A stretch of DNA of 64,000 nucleotides, taken from contig NW_026869102.1 in assembly GCF_020745735.1 (NCBI RefSeq), positions 367 through 64,366 on the forward strand, in the 5' to 3' direction. This document shows, piece by piece, positions 37,701-51,049 of the stretch. The notes beneath the pieces are model-generated. The model worked only from the letters and a program-made list of their open reading frames with translations. It was not told where the DNA came from and ran no database searches. This stretch comes from Hemiscyllium ocellatum. Its lineage: Eukaryota. Positions within the stretch are counted from its first letter, which is position 1; each line of letters begins with the position of its first letter. Both the position numbers and the translations under genes were made by a program.

Positions 37701-39470
37701 TTTATTGGCCTTTAATCCCATCAATTTCCCCAACACCCATTGCCGTAGTAATACAGATTTCCCTCCATCCGTCCGTCCCTCCCTCCCTCCCTCTCACTTG
37801 ACCTTGCCCTCCCCAACATTTTCGGGACATGATTGAGGCCTTCCTTTGTGAAGGCAGAACCAAAATGCAGATTGAAATGAAGAACTGAATGGTGAGGATC
37901 TGAAACACAAACCCAGACGTTGGCTGCAGAGCTGAGGCTAAATGAACCAGACTGTCTGATATCCATGAACAAACCCATCAACTCCCACCGTATCGATGGT
38001 GCTACATTCTGCAGTGGGGCTCAGAACTGTCCACCTTTCTCCTCAACCATATTGAGGACAGGGCCCTTAGCCATGTCTGATCCATTTCCCAGACACCTGC
38101 CCTTACCCCTGGATGTTTCCCCCTTCCCCCTGATAACAATATAGTCCACACCCCACCCCTCCCTCCCCAAACCCTCACTTTCTACTCCACCAGGCTGTGT
38201 CCCAGAGGAACAAAAGCTGCCATTTCCCCCACCTCTTGCCATCTCCCTGGTCAGCATTCCACAGGGACTGTTCCCTCCAGTCCACTCCTCCTCCATGACC
38301 AACACCTCCCCATACTACTGCAGGAGGTACAACCCTTGCCAATTTTACCTTCCTCCCTCCTCATTACCCACAGTCTCAGACATACCTTCCAGGTGCAGAG
38401 TCATTTCCCTGCACTTTGTTGAATCTGGTCTACTGTATTTGCTGCTTACAACACAGTCTGCTCTACATTGGTGTCCCCAAACACAGACTGGTGACTGCCT
38501 TGTAAAACACCCATGTTCTGTCCATAAAAACAACTCCGCTTGGAGTTGCCTGCCAGTTCAACACCCCAGTGTCTCCTGGCCAATGTTCCAGTCTCCAGCA
38601 CACTGCAGCACTGCAGTCAGACTCGATGCAAGTTGGAGAACACCAACTTCCCTTTTACCTGGTGACCGGAGAACCTTCATTGAGGTTGACTATTTCAGAG
38701 CATGTCTATGACCCAGCCACTAACCCTAATGGCCACCCTCCAGCACACAGTCACCCCATTTTTACCCACTCCGTCCTCATTATTACCCATCCTCCTTCTC
38801 CGCTTCCCTACCTTACCAACAATCCCTTTGCCTACCCACTTGTTGCTCTAAATTCTGTCCCCCCCCTATCTGCTCACTCCTTCCTGCCCCACTCCCTGGC
38901 ATCATTTACCTCCCTGCTATCAGTTCTGAAGGGTTACTGGAACCCTGTTCACTCTCCACTGATGCTGCCTGACCTGCAGTTTCTCCAGCAAGTTGTGTGT
39001 TTGTGCATTCTGTATTAATTGGTCTGTCATCTTTCTTCCTCATTAATTGCCGTCTGACTCAAAGGGACCTACACTGGCCGTCACTAACCCTTTCTTTGCA
39101 CAGCTTTTACAACCAGTTTCCATGTTCCCCACAAGCTTCATCTCATCTGGTAATCGATTCCTTCACCCTGCTTTGCAGAAATCTAACCTGGTCCCAGCCT
39201 TCAGGTCTGATCCTTACTTTAGCCAAAGTGTATGCCCCCTCCTTGGATGTAATTCCCCTGATTAGCCATGGTTGGACTAGCTTTCACGTTGGTCATTTCA
39301 TTGCCCAAGACCAATGAACAAGGCTGACCGTTTCCCCCATGTACATTCCAAAATGTTTGTCATTATCTACATCATTGCTAGCTCATGCCATTATTGTTTC
39401 CTCGATTTCAATTCAGGGGCCTAGTCTCTGACTCAACGACATCACTCTCCACCTTCAATCAGGAATGCTA

Positions 39471-39701
<231 letters not shown>

Positions 39702-40567
39702 TCATGACACAGTGACAACATCAGCATGTCCCAAGCCAATCCACAAGCTGAGCAAATCCTCCTTTTATACCCTTCACTTTATTGTAAAGCAGCAATCTGA
39801 TCCCAACATACATGTAGCTGACCGTTACAAACACGAGTTTGAGGAAGCATTCAGAAATAAGGGGAGGGTTTTTCATGAGAGAGTGTTGATTGGTGACTCA
39901 GGACCATTTGAGGGGGAGGAAGACACCAAAGATGAATTCAAAAGGATACAGGCAGCAAGTGAGGATGGAAGAGAAAAACAGAAGGAGAGTCTATCTCAGG
40001 TGTTCACTGCACAGCTGGGAAGGCAGCTGTACTACACTGTTGCTGTGGAGAAGTCTCAGACACACGCATGGCTCTATGCTGTCAGAATTCAGGGAGAAGT
40101 TTAGGAATTAGTAGGCAGCTTCAGAATGGAGTCAGGAGAGGTGCTGGGACATGGGCAGAATGCTACCTGTAAACTGAAGACGTCTGAGAGCTTCAGTTTT
40201 TCAGATTAGCTGGGAGAGTGAGGACTGAAAACCTCAAAGGAGAATTAGTTTAATGCAGAAGAAACAAGCTCGAAGATGAGAAAGTCCAGAGGTAGTACTG
40301 GCTTGGTGAAGCTAGCTGTCAGTGAAGAGCTGGAGCTAAGCTGTTTGCCAAATGTTAATCATGGATGTTAGCTATATGTTACACATGTAGTGTCAAATGG
40401 TTAAAAGTGTACAATCTGTTTATCCCATGTTAGAACAGAATAACACTCTTGGGGCTGTTTTTTAAAATCATTGAAGTTGGATATAATAATTTGTTTATTT
40501 GAAAGTTACTAGGCAGGTACCCGAACATGTCTTGACATCAAAGTGGCAAATACAGCAGTGAACGTAC

Positions 40568-40677
40568 CGGATACCTTCATTCCCGGTCCTGCGATTATCC
40601 TCCGATCCTGCCAGGTCAATGAGGTAGAGTTTCCCTGTCAGCTCTCGGAATGGTGCCTCTTGCTGCAATTTCACCAC
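40568..40677 (-). CDS. KIF22: KIF22 coding exon 5 (switch II DLAGSE)
   Basis: VVKLQQEAPFRELTGKLYLIDLAGSEDNRRTGNEGI plus CG, then donor gtacgt. Anchored to ORF 40495..40800. Confidence 0.85.
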
Positions 40678-41079
40678 CTGCAACAGAACCAGTATTCGAT
40701 CAGAGCAAGAGTGGTGGCTGAGCGTCCTAACCAAGCAACATTCATTCTGGCAGAGGGAGGGACAGGGGCACGGGGAGAGACAGAGAGAGACACAGAGCAC
40801 TGAGGGAAGACAGCAAGGTGGTGGAGGGTGGTTGGGAAGAGTTTGAAGTGGAGTTACACACTGTGCACAACTGGAGAGAGAGTGAGGGTGATCTTTCAGC
40901 CTCAGGCCTGAGCGATGTGGTTAAAGCCCTTAATGTAGCACTTATTGATACAGCATTTACAGGATGAAAGAGAAAGAAAGTGTGCCGAGAGAGAGAGAGA
41001 GAGAGAGAGACAGGCCACGAGGGTGTGAGCACCAGAAAGATAATTGAAAGAGCAACAAAGGGACCCGACATAGCTGGAC

Positions 41080-41289
41080 CTTAATCAGGAGCACAGAGTG
41101 GCTGCGACTGGACCGACAATTCAACTTGGTGCTGGCTGTGGTCCGTCTTTGTGTGGCTGGCAGAAAGAACTGCTCAAACTCCACGAAGCTGGTGATGCGC
41201 TGCTGTGTCAGGTCGGGGACGAAGATGTTCTTGTCTTGGTCCTCTCGAATCGCCAAGTCTTGGTGCGTGGTCTCCAGTAGATCCAACAC
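41080..41289 (-). CDS. KIF22: KIF22 coding exon 4 (switch I SSRSHS)
   Basis: [70 protein letters not shown]. Anchored to ORF 40957..41460. Confidence 0.9.
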
Positions 41290-41716
41290 CTGAGAGACGT
41301 TGGAAATGTTACCATCCTCCAAAAGGCTGCTGGGAGAGTGCAGGGAACTGTGGGATACGAGGGGGTGGGGGTGCACAAGGTGTGTGTGTTTGAGAGCATG
41401 TGTGTGTGCGTGTGTGTGTATTGCAGGAATTGAGCACCACAGAGATAGGAGAAGGACCACACGTCCATAAACCGGAGCTGTTCACCACACGGGCAGGATG
41501 CAGGAGAAAGCATGGCACACTGTGCTCCCAGGGACGCTGGCTCTTTATGACAATTGGTACCAGTTTTGTGGTCACCATTATTGTTTTATTTCTTGGATTT
41601 GTCATTTGTCTGACTCATTGAAGTGGAATCCCCAGTGTCTGAGGTAGGATTTGAACCTGAATCTCTGAATTAATGTCCCTCTCCCCAACCTAACCAGGAC
41701 AACAAAGACGACTCAC

Positions 41717-41877
41717 CTTCTCCTGGTAGATCTCCAAGTAGGACATTGTCACATTAAATCTCCAGGAAGGTCCACACAGCTGGTCACTCTGCTCCTGCAC
41801 CATGCGAAATATGTCCAGCAGAGAACGAGGGACCACTCCGGGCTGTTTGGGACTGCCCAGCATGGTGTGGGTCTTAC
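41717..41877 (-). CDS. KIF22: KIF22 coding exon 3 (P-loop)
   Basis: (G)[53 protein letters not shown], then donor gtgagtc. The coordinates are anchored to ORF 41690..41896. Confidence 0.9.
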
Positions 41878-42545
41878 CTATCAATGAGAAAAACAAATAA
41901 AGACAGGAGAGGGGAATATGGACAGATCGGAGATGGCCCAGGGAATCCCTCGTGGACTCAACCTGTAAGCCTCTCGATTTGTCCCAGAGATCGTACCCTT
42001 TGGTAGTCTGGAATAAAAATACCTCGAACAGACAGTTTAGGTTAACCCCTTGATGTAACAGTTTAACATAACACTGATACCTATAAGCTAAACTAACTAG
42101 GTTGTAATAACCCAGGAGAGTAGGAGATCAGCTCTTCAAGAGCCCTGACAGGGTACTGTGCTGAACGGTCACTAACTGACTTCCTTTATACAAAAACCCT
42201 GCACATTCTTAACTAGACAGGTAACAGTGAAGGACAATAATTGGGGAGAGAAGTTAGTTGAGAGAGTTTTGTTTCAAGGCCAGAATCAACCAGTTATTTA
42301 TTTCACAAAGGAACAGCCGTGAATGCTATCACTGTGTTCTGTTGACACAGATTCACTGATGTCCTTCATGACCTTAACCTCCCTGCCTGTCTATTTTCTG
42401 GTGTGCAGCAAGTGTGTTTGACAATGCAACATGACATTTTAGTCTAAATGTTGAAGGACAGGTTTTAAGGCTGTCGGCTGTGTGAGGAGGCTGGTCACTA
42501 AGGAAAGAGGCAGGACAGTGGACAGTCACTCACTCACTCACTCAC

Positions 42546-42673
42546 CTGCTCCCGTAGGGCCATAGGCAAAGACACTGGCATTCTGTCCATTCAGGACATG
42601 GGATAGGATCGGTTTCACTGAATTCACATAGATCTCCAGCTGTGAGGTGTCATCACCATAAAAAGCATCGAAG
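42546..42673 (-). CDS. KIF22: KIF22 coding exon 2
   Basis: Acceptor ctgtctctcag, then (N)[42 protein letters not shown] plus G, then donor gtgagtg. Human: [43 protein letters not shown]. Confidence 0.85.
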
Positions 42674-43499
42674 CTGAGAGACAGGAGGAGGTGAGGTTTA
42701 GTACACTGAAGGGTCCAGCTGTTTCACAGACTGATACATTAATGTTGAATTAGGCAGTAAACGTCTGTGTGATTTACCATTGTAAATCGAGGGTTTAGCA
42801 CAAATGCCAAATTTCCACCTTTCCCTGTCCACAGGCAAACTCAGGAGTGCAGAGGAACCCAAACTCCATTTCTTTAAATAAACCAAACTAAAAGCAACAA
42901 CTGCCCATTGGGGTGATTGCAACATGAACCAAAACCAAAGACTAACGACAGAAATAGAATTAAAATAACGTTGGCTGGGGAAAACAGCGCGCAGCTGGTC
43001 TGAAGAACTTCAGAAAGGTTCAGTACAAATTCAGGACAGTAATCATGAACACTTTTATAACGTCCTTTTGCAAAAAGCCATCACCGTTTCCAAATGTAAT
43101 TTGCCACAAGTGTCCAGCTCAGCAAGTTAAATCAGACAAGTGAAATGTGACTGGTGCTCACAAACACCTCCGTTGTCATCACGTGGACACCCAGCTGTAG
43201 ACATAAACGTGAAGAGGTGAGCTTGCTACTTACCTACATGAGGAAGACCTACAAAGCCTTGCTTCCTCCACACCGGATGCTCAAAGAGCAGGTATCTGCC
43301 GCTGAAGTGATTCCTTAAGAATATGAAGAGAGGGTGCACCCTCCCACAACCTGCAGATATGTAGTTAGATTCCAAAAGGAAGACAGTGTTTTCTTTCCCC
43401 AAATATTAGAAAAATGAAACTGAGAAACCCTTCCCCTCCAACCACACCCAAGGCACCATCACACTATAACAAGAGCCCTACAGGGTTTTGATGACTAAT

Positions 43500-45150
43500 A
43501 ATATCCCTACTTAGAGTCAGAGAGATGGACAGCACGGAAACAGACCCTTCGCTCCATCCCGAACAAATAGCCTAACCTAATCTCGTCCCATTTGTCAGCA
43601 CTAGGCCCATTTGCCTCAAACCCTTCCTATTCATATACCCATCCAGATGCCTTTTAAAATGCTCCAATCGTACCAGCCTCCACCACTTCCTCTGGCAGCT
43701 CATTCCATACATGCATCATCCTCTGGCTGAAACAGTTGCCCCTTAGATCCCTTTTATATCTTTCCCCTCTCACCCGAAACCGCTGACCTCTAGTTCTGGA
43801 CTCCTCCATCCCAGGGAAAAGACTTGGCCTATTACCCCTATCCACACCCATCGTGATTTTATAAACCTCCATAAAGTCACCCCTTCAGTCTCCGACGCTC
43901 CAGGGGAAACAGCCCCACCTATTCAGCCTTTCCCTACAGCTCAAACCCTGGCAACATCCATCTTTCCAATAGGAAGGAGATCAGAACTGCATGCAATATT
44001 CCAACAGTGGCCTAACCAATGTCCTGTCCAGCCACAACATGACCCTCCCAACTCCTATACTTAACACTCTGCCCTACAAAGGAAAGCATACCAAACACCT
44101 TCTTCACTATCCTATCCACTTGGGACCCCACTTTCAAGGAGCTATGAACCTGCACTGTTGTTCTACAACACTCTTGGACCTTACCATTAAGCGTATAAGT
44201 CCTGCTAAGATTTGCTTTCCCCAAAATGCAGCACCTCACGTTTACCCAAGTTAAACTCCATCTGCCACTCCTCAGCCCATTGGCCCAGCTGATCAAGATC
44301 CCATTGTAATCTGAGGTAACCTACTTCACTGTCCACTACACCTCCAATTATGGTGTCACCATCCAACTATACCTCCTACGTTCACATCCAAATCATTTAT
44401 ATAAATGCCGAAAAGTAGTGGTCCCAGCACCGATCCTTGTGGCACTCCACTGGGCACAGGCATCCAGTCTGAAAAACAACCCTCCACCACCACCCTCTGT
44501 CTTCTCCCTTCAAGCCTGTTCTGGATCCAAATGGCTAGTTCTCCCTGTATTCCATGAGATCTAACCTTGCTAACCAGTCTCCCATGGGGAACCTTGGGAA
44601 ACACCTTACTGAAGTCCATATAGATCACGTCCACTGCTCTGCCCTCCTTTGGGACCAACAGGCCTGGGTTCAAATCCCACTTGTCCCAGAAACTTTTATT
44701 AGCGCCTCTGAACAAGCGAATTACCAAACATTGAACCAAATACTAAAATGTACAAGCAAAATTAAGTAAGAGCATGTTAAGGTCAAAATGTTAGTGGATG
44801 GGGAACTGATGAGCCCCAGCCAGAAGCCAGCTCTTAAATACAACTTACTCTTGATCAACTCTGGAGCTATTCCGGCATACCTTTCAAACAAACATCACTT
44901 CCAGGCCGACACTCTCTGGATGGAGGTGAAGGGAGGAGTCTGCTGGCTTGCAACGCTGAGCGATACCAACAGCATGTCCCAATCTCTCTCCACAGGAACG
45001 TTTTCCCAAGCCTCCACAACCCAGCCCAGAGTGACCAGATGTTTCAGGATTAAATTCCATCTGCCACTTCTCTGCCAAGTCTCCACCCTATCCATCTATC
45101 TATTTATCTCTATCCCACTGAATCCTTTGGCCATCTCAGGATGGTGAGGA
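43500..45150 (-). mobile_element. L2-clade LINE fragments (3' end at 43500-43980, RT plus 3' portion at 43990-45150) in KIF22 intron 1
   Basis: Minus ORFs 43654..43872 (..MEVYKITMGVDRGN..), 44012..44296, 44356..44739 ([50 protein letters not shown]...[21 protein letters not shown]), and 44895..45095. Confidence 0.65.
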
Positions 45151-45293
45151 GGGGTATTATCACTGCTGAGTGTTAACTCGGATCTCTGCAATTGTGCTCT
45201 GTTCTGACCTTACAGCCACATCAGTCCCAGCCAGGAGGTGGTGGGACGGTGGGCATGGGTCTGTCAGTGTAGGGGCACCTGTAGGACACTCAC

Positions 45294-45507
45294 TTGTACT
45301 GCATGGATTCTGTCCGGCTCCTCCAGTTCACAAGCTCCAGCGAGCGGGTGTCCAGGCCACGCACACAGGGGCCCTCCTGCTGCTCATCCTCTGTGGACTG
45401 GTAGGGTCGGAGCCGGACCACCACCTTCACCCGGGGGTGATGGGAACTGGCCATCTTCCTAAAGGGCTGCACATCCGCAGGAGGTAGGTTAGACATTGTC
45501 AACTGCA
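45294..45507 (-). CDS. KIF22: KIF22 first coding exon (ATG at about 45496)
   Basis: MSNLPPADVQPFRKMASSHHPRVKVVVRLRPYQSTEDEQQEGPCVRGLDTRSLELVNWRSRTESMQY plus AA, then donor gtgagtg. Compare human KIF22 ...[41 protein letters not shown]. Confidence 0.85.
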
Positions 45508-46789
45508 CTGGATGGAGAAAGAGAGAAAAAGATAAAAACAGTTAATAATATGGTCATTACTGCTGAGGGAGAGCTTGTTGGATGTGAGTACCACTGGCTG
45601 ACCCAGCATTTACCAGCCATCTCTCATTGCCCCTTGAGAAGATGGTGGTCAGCTCCCTCTTTGAACCACTGCAGTCCATGTGCTGTAGGTAAACCCACAA
45701 TGCCCTGAGGGAAGGATTTCCAGGATTTTGATCCAACACCACTGAAGGAACGGCGACGTATTCCAAATCTCGATGGTGAGGGGCACGGAGGGGAACTTGC
45801 AGGGGGTGGAGTTCCCATGTATCTGCAGCCCTTGTCCTTCTCAATGGAAGGGGCCACAGGTTTGGAAGGTGTTGGTGCAGGAGCTTTGGCAAACTCCTGC
45901 AGTGCACCTTGTAGATGATACACACTGCTGCTGGTAGTGGAGAGTGTGGATGTGGTACCAGTCAAGTTACTTTGTTCAGGTTAGGGGTCAAGCCTCAAGT
46001 GTTGGAGCTGTGCCCATCCAGACAAGTGGGGAATATTCTATCACACTCCCACCTTGTACTTGGTAAACATTAGACAGGCTTTGGGGAAGCCAGGAGCTGA
46101 ATTACTGGCTGTAGGGTTCCCAGTTTCTGATCTGTTCGAGTAACCGCAGTATTTGTATGGAGAGTCCAGTTCAGCTTCTGATAAAAGGTAACCCCCAGGA
46201 TGTTGGTAGCGGGGGATTCTATGATAGCAACACCACCGAATGTCACGAGGCAGTGGTTAGATTGTCTCCAATAGGAGAGTCATTGCCTAGCACTTGTGCA
46301 ATGCGAATATCACTTGCCACTTGTCAGCCCAAACCTGAACAGAATCCAGGTCTTGTTGCTTCTGGACTGCTTCAGTATCTAAGAAGTTGTGAAAGCTGCT
46401 GAACATTGTGCACTCATTGGCCAACGTCCCCACTTCTGACCTTACAGCAGAGACAAGGTCAGCGATAAAGCAGCTGAAGCTGGTTGGCTCCAGGGCATGA
46501 TCCTCAGGAGGTCCTCCAGGCATGTCCTGGAATTGAGAGGACTGGCCTCCTATGTGCCAGGGAAGTTCTCCATCCCCATCGATTCCAGTTTTACCCAGGC
46601 TCCTTGATGCCACACTTGGTCAAACGTGTCCTTGATGGGGTGTGGGTTGGCAGTGCCTTGAAAGCAGGGTCACAGGTACACAGGAGGGGGTGAAGGCAGC
46701 ATTAAGTACACTTGCCTTTACGAGTCAGTGCATTTAGTCCAGGGGTCATGGCATCAAAATTGGTGGGGTAGTGAACAATGAAGAAAGTT

Positions 46790-47500
46790 CAGAGTCCAAC
46801 AGGACCTTGAACAGATTGGCAGATGGAGTTTAATCTAGATAAGTGTAAGATGTTGCATTTTTGGAAAGGCAAACCAGGGCATGACTGATGTACTTAATGG
46901 TGACGTCCTGGGAGTGTTCCCCTGGGGGTACAGGTTCATTGTTCCTTGAAAGTGGAGTCGCAGTAAGATCGGATAGCAAAGGCCGAATTTGGCCTTTATT
47001 GGGCAGGATATGGAGTATAGAAGGTGGGAGGTCACCTCACAGCTGTACACTGGGACATGGGTTTTAGAAGGGGGAAGTGGAATCAGATTGAAACTTACAG
47101 GATACTGACCAGACTGGACAGAGTGGATGTTGGGAAGACGTTCCCATTGACAGGAGAGACTGGGACCCAAGGGCACAGCCTTAGACTAAAGGGAAGACCC
47201 TGTAGTACTGAGAGAAGGAGAAACTTCTTCCAGCCAGAGAGTGGGGAATCTATGGAGGCCAGGTCATTGGGCACATTTAAATCAGTGATAGATAAGTTCT
47301 TGATTGCCAAAGGGGATCAAAGGTTACAGAGAGAAAGCAAGAAAATGGGGTTGAAAGACCCATCAGCCACGATCAACTGACACAGCAGACTCGATGGGCA
47401 GAATGGCCTAATTTCTGCTCCAATGTCTTACAATCAGGCCGCATTTGGAATGCGGTGTTCGATTCTGGTCTCCCTGCTCCAGGAAGGATATTGTTAAACT
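46790..47500 (+). mobile_element. L2 3' end (plus orientation)
   Basis: It contains WQMEFN-type RT-end coding DNA (ggcagatggagtttaatctagataagtgtaag) followed by a 3' tail. The terminal region 63480-64000 is its reverse complement. Confidence 0.6.
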
Positions 47501-47929
47501 TGGAAAGGGTTCAGGAAAGCCTTACACGGAGGCTGTCAGGCTTTGAGGTATGGGAAGAGGCTGGGGGGTGGCAACGTATAGAGGTTCATAAAGGTCACAG
47601 GTATCATATACAAGGTGTACAGTCAAGCACTATTGCTCAGGGGAGGCCAAAACTAGAGGGGTATAGGTTTGAGGTGAGAGGGGGAAAGATTAACAAGGAT
47701 GTTGGAAGGTTTGAGCTTTAGGGAGAAGCTGAGGGCTGACCTTCGAGAGGAGTATAGGGTCATTGATAAGGTGAAGGGTCAAGGTCTTTTCCCTCAGGAC
47801 AAGGTGAGCGAAGACAAAATTAGAGAGAATGCTGAGGGACAGGATGTACATGTCTTTGGAAAGGCAAGGACTGATTTGGGATAGTCAGCATGGCTTTGTG
47901 CGTGGGAAATCCTGTCTCACAAACTTGAT

Positions 47930-49480
47930 TGAGTTTTTTTGAAGAAACAACAAAGAAGACTGATGATGGCAGAGCAGTAGATGTGATCTATATGGACTCC
48001 AGTAAGGCGTTCGACAAGGATCCCCATAGGAGACTGATTAGCAAGGTTAGATCTCATGGAATACAGGGAGAACTAGCCATTTGGATACAGAACTGGTTCG
48101 AAGGTAGAAGACAGAGGGTGGTGGTGGAGGCTTGGGAAAACATTCCCGTGGAGAGCGATTGGGACATGCTGTTGGTATCGCTCTGCGTTGCAAGCCAGCA
48201 GACCCCTCCCTTCACCTCCATCCAGAGAGTGTCGGCCTGGAAGTGATGTTTGTTTGAAAGGTATGCCGGAATAGCTCCAGAGTTGATTGAGAGTAAGTTG
48301 TATTTAAGAGCTGGCTTCTGGCTGGGGCTCATCAGTTCCCCATCCACTAACATTTTGACCTTAACATGCTCTTACTTACATTTGCTTGTACATTTTAGTA
48401 TTTGGTTCAATGTTTGGTAATTCACTTGTTCAGAGGCGCTAATAAAAGTTTCTGGGACAAGTGGGATTTGAACCCAGGCCTGTTGGTCCCGAAGGAGGGC
48501 AGAGCAGTGGACGTGATCTATATGGACTTCAGTAAGGTGTTTCCCAAGGTTCCCCATGGGAGACTGGTTAGCAAGGTTAGATCTCATGGAATACAGGGAG
48601 AACTAGCCATTTGGATCCAGAACTGGCTCAAAGGTAGAAGACAGAGGGTGGTGGTGGAGAGTTGTTTTTCAGACTGGAGGCCTGTGACCAGTGGAGCGCC
48701 ACAAGGATCGGTGCTGGGCCCTCTACTTTGTCATTTACGTAAATGATTTGAATGCGAGCATAAGAGGTACAGTTAGTAAGTTTGCAGATGATACCAAAAT
48801 TGGAGGTGTAGTGGACAGCAAAGAGGGTTACCTCAGATTACAACAGGATCTGGACCAGGTGGGCCAATGGGCTGAGAAGTGGCAGATGGAGTTTAATTCA
48901 GATAAATGTGAGGTGCTGCATTTTGGGAAAGCAAATCTTAGCAGGACTTATACACTTAATGGTAAGGTCCGAGGGAGTATTGCTGAACAAAGAGACCTTG
49001 GAGTGCAGGTGCATAGCTCCTTGAAAGTGGAATTGCAGGGAGATAGGATAGTGAAAACGTTTGTAATGCTTTCCTTTATTGGTCAGAGTATTGAGTACAG
49101 GAGTTGGGAGATCATGTTGCGGCTGTGCAGGACATTGGTTCGGCCACTGTTGGAACTGCGTGCAATTCTGGTCTCCTCCCTGTCAGAAAGACATTGCGAA
49201 ACTTGAAAGGGTTCAGAAAAGATTTACAAGGATGTTGCCAGGATTGGAGGATCTGAGCTACAGGGAGAGGCTGAACAGGCTGGGGCTGTTTTCCCTGGAG
49301 GGTCAGAGGCTGAGGGGTGACCTTATAGAGGTTTACAAAATTATGAGGGGCATGGATAGGAGAAATAGACCAAGTCTGTTCAATAGGGTCAGGGAGTCCA
49401 GAACTAAAGGGGCATAGGTTTAGGGTGAGGGGGGAAAAGGTATAAAAGGGACCTAAGGAGGTAACTTTTTTACCCAGAGG
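47930..49480 (+). mobile_element. L2-clade LINE RT plus 3' end fragment
   Basis: ORFs 47929..48246, 48402..48746 and 48691..49206 (..DDTKIGGVVDSKEGYLRLQQDLDQVGQWAEKWQMEFNSDKCEVLHFGKANLSRTYTLNGK..), and 49079..49417 (..LGLFSLEGQRLRGDLIEVYKIMRGMDR). Confidence 0.7.
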
Positions 49481-49489
49481 AAGTGGTGG

Positions 49490-50088
49490 AGGCTGGTACA
49501 ACTGCAACATTTAAGGGGCGTTTGGGTGGGTATAGGAATAGGAAGGGTTTGGAGGGATAGAGGCCGGGTGCTGGCAGGTGGGAATGGATTGGGTTGGGAT
49601 AACTGGGTCAGCACGGACAGGTTGGACCGAAGGGTCTGTTTCCGTGCTGTACATCTCTATGACTCTAGAGGTACAGGTTCATGGTGGGAAGGGGAAAGGT
49701 TCACAAGGATGTTAGAGGGTCTGAGCTGAAGGGAAGAGGCTGAGGGATGACCCTATAGAGGTTAATAGGGTCATGGGGGTCATGGATAAGGTGAAGGGTC
49801 AAGGTATTATCCCTCAGGGGGTGGTGAGGGAGGACAAAACTAGAGGGTCACAGGTTAAGGGTGAGAGGGGAAAGGTTCACAAGGATGTTGGAGGGTTTGA
49901 GCTGAAGGGGGGAGGCTGAGGGATAACCTTATAGAGGTTTATAGGGTCATGGGGGGGTCAGTGGGCAAGAACCAGAGGGTCAAAGGTCAAACATTTACAA
50001 AGGAACAACTTTTTCACGCGGAGAAGGTGCAGAGAGCTGGCCGAGGAAGCGATACAATAAATAACACCAGGAAAAGGCCGGTTTTTAC
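49490..50088. repeat. KIF22 intron-1 proximal repeat (about 100 bp internal tandem units plus an L2 tail). It is also present at 21.5-22.15 and 59.1-59.69 kb
   Basis: Near-identical blocks (ggggcgtttgggtgggtataggaataggaagggtttggagggatagaggccgggtgctggcaggtggg...) occur in all three places, always adjacent to the promoter/exon-1 module. Confidence 0.6.
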
Positions 50089-50130
50089 CTGTTTGCTGCT
50101 ATTTTAAACACAACGAGCCTCCTCCCGCCT
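50089..50130 (-). other. KIF22: putative non-coding KIF22 exon 1 (5' UTR). The 5' boundary (TSS) is not determined
   Basis: The minus strand reads ...gtgtttaaaatagcagcaaacag|gtaaaaacc (donor). It lies 4.6 kb upstream of the first coding exon. That exon begins with a strong acceptor, ctttttctctctttctccatccag|TGCAGTTGACAATG. Confidence 0.35.
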
Positions 50131-50870
50131 CCCAACCGCCGCCCGATTTAAATCTGATCAAAGCCCCGCCCCCCCGGCCTGAGCGCCTCATCCTATTGGT
50201 CCTCCGCCACATCCTCACACCGCTCTCATTGGCCGCTCAGCTCAGGAACGCCCCTTTACTCCTGCCCAGACCCTGCCTCCGGTTGGTGCGGGCGCCCGTC
50301 AATCGTAGGCGAGCCCGCTTTTCCCATTCGTCGGATGCCTCATCGCTGATCACGTGTCCCAGCGGCCATTGGACACTCCGCGCGTGTCCGGCCTCTGAAG
50401 CCCCGCCGCCTCCAACTTTGCTGTTGCTTCTCGTCTCATCCTAACGCCCGCCCTCCTGGCCCCATCCTCACTTTCCATTGGCTACCCTTCTCCCCCATCG
50501 GATTGGATGGACTCGTTGCCAGTCATTGGTCTTGCCGTATCAACGTCGGTAATGCCTCGCGCGAAACCAATCAATCCCGCCCACTTCCCGGAGTCCTCCG
50601 CCAACCATTGGCTCCTTCTGTAGCTCCCCAGCGTTATGTGATTCCTATTGGTCCAGACACCTATCAGTCATCTCCAAACTGCCGCCTGCTGCCGCCGCCC
50701 TCTATCAATCAATCCTATGAAGATGACCCTCCCCGCACAGGCCCTCACTCTTTATTGGCTGTTCACGGTGTCAATCGGCCGGCCCCTGCGCGCCATTGGG
50801 CCGTCGCCGCAGCCCATCAGTGTAGGGGGCGTGGTGGGACCCTCCTGTCTCCCGCCCACATTGAGCCTCC
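50131..50870 (-). promoter_or_regulatory. KIF22: KIF22 promoter, a CCAAT-box cluster (at least 10 boxes) with GC boxes and TTTAAA (CHR-like) elements (copy B)
   Basis: It is the reverse complement of copy A, extended distally with further CCAAT boxes (gaccaatagg, gcccaatggcg, cagccaataaag, gattgattgatag). The CpG content is retained. Dense NF-Y plus CHR architecture is typical of G2/M genes such as kinesins. Confidence 0.45.
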
Positions 50871-51049
50871 AGTTGAAGGTGTGGTGGGTGTTGTGGAACT
50901 AACTGTCGAACAGTTGGGATGGTATGAGATGTCTGAAGAAGCTATACCACGTGTCACATTGGCAGTGCATGCTGAATATCAAGCCAAGGATCTGGAACCC
51001 ATGTCCAAATGCTTGATGCCGCTAACTGATTGGGTTTAGACTTAGTTAC

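Noticed and set aside
45557-46700. ORFs 45557-45965(-) and 46287-46613(-) as host exons
   Set aside because: Partial similarity to L2 RT motifs (..WADKWQV.F..HKC) suggests degenerate LINE debris in KIF22 intron 1. Support is too weak to annotate them individually.
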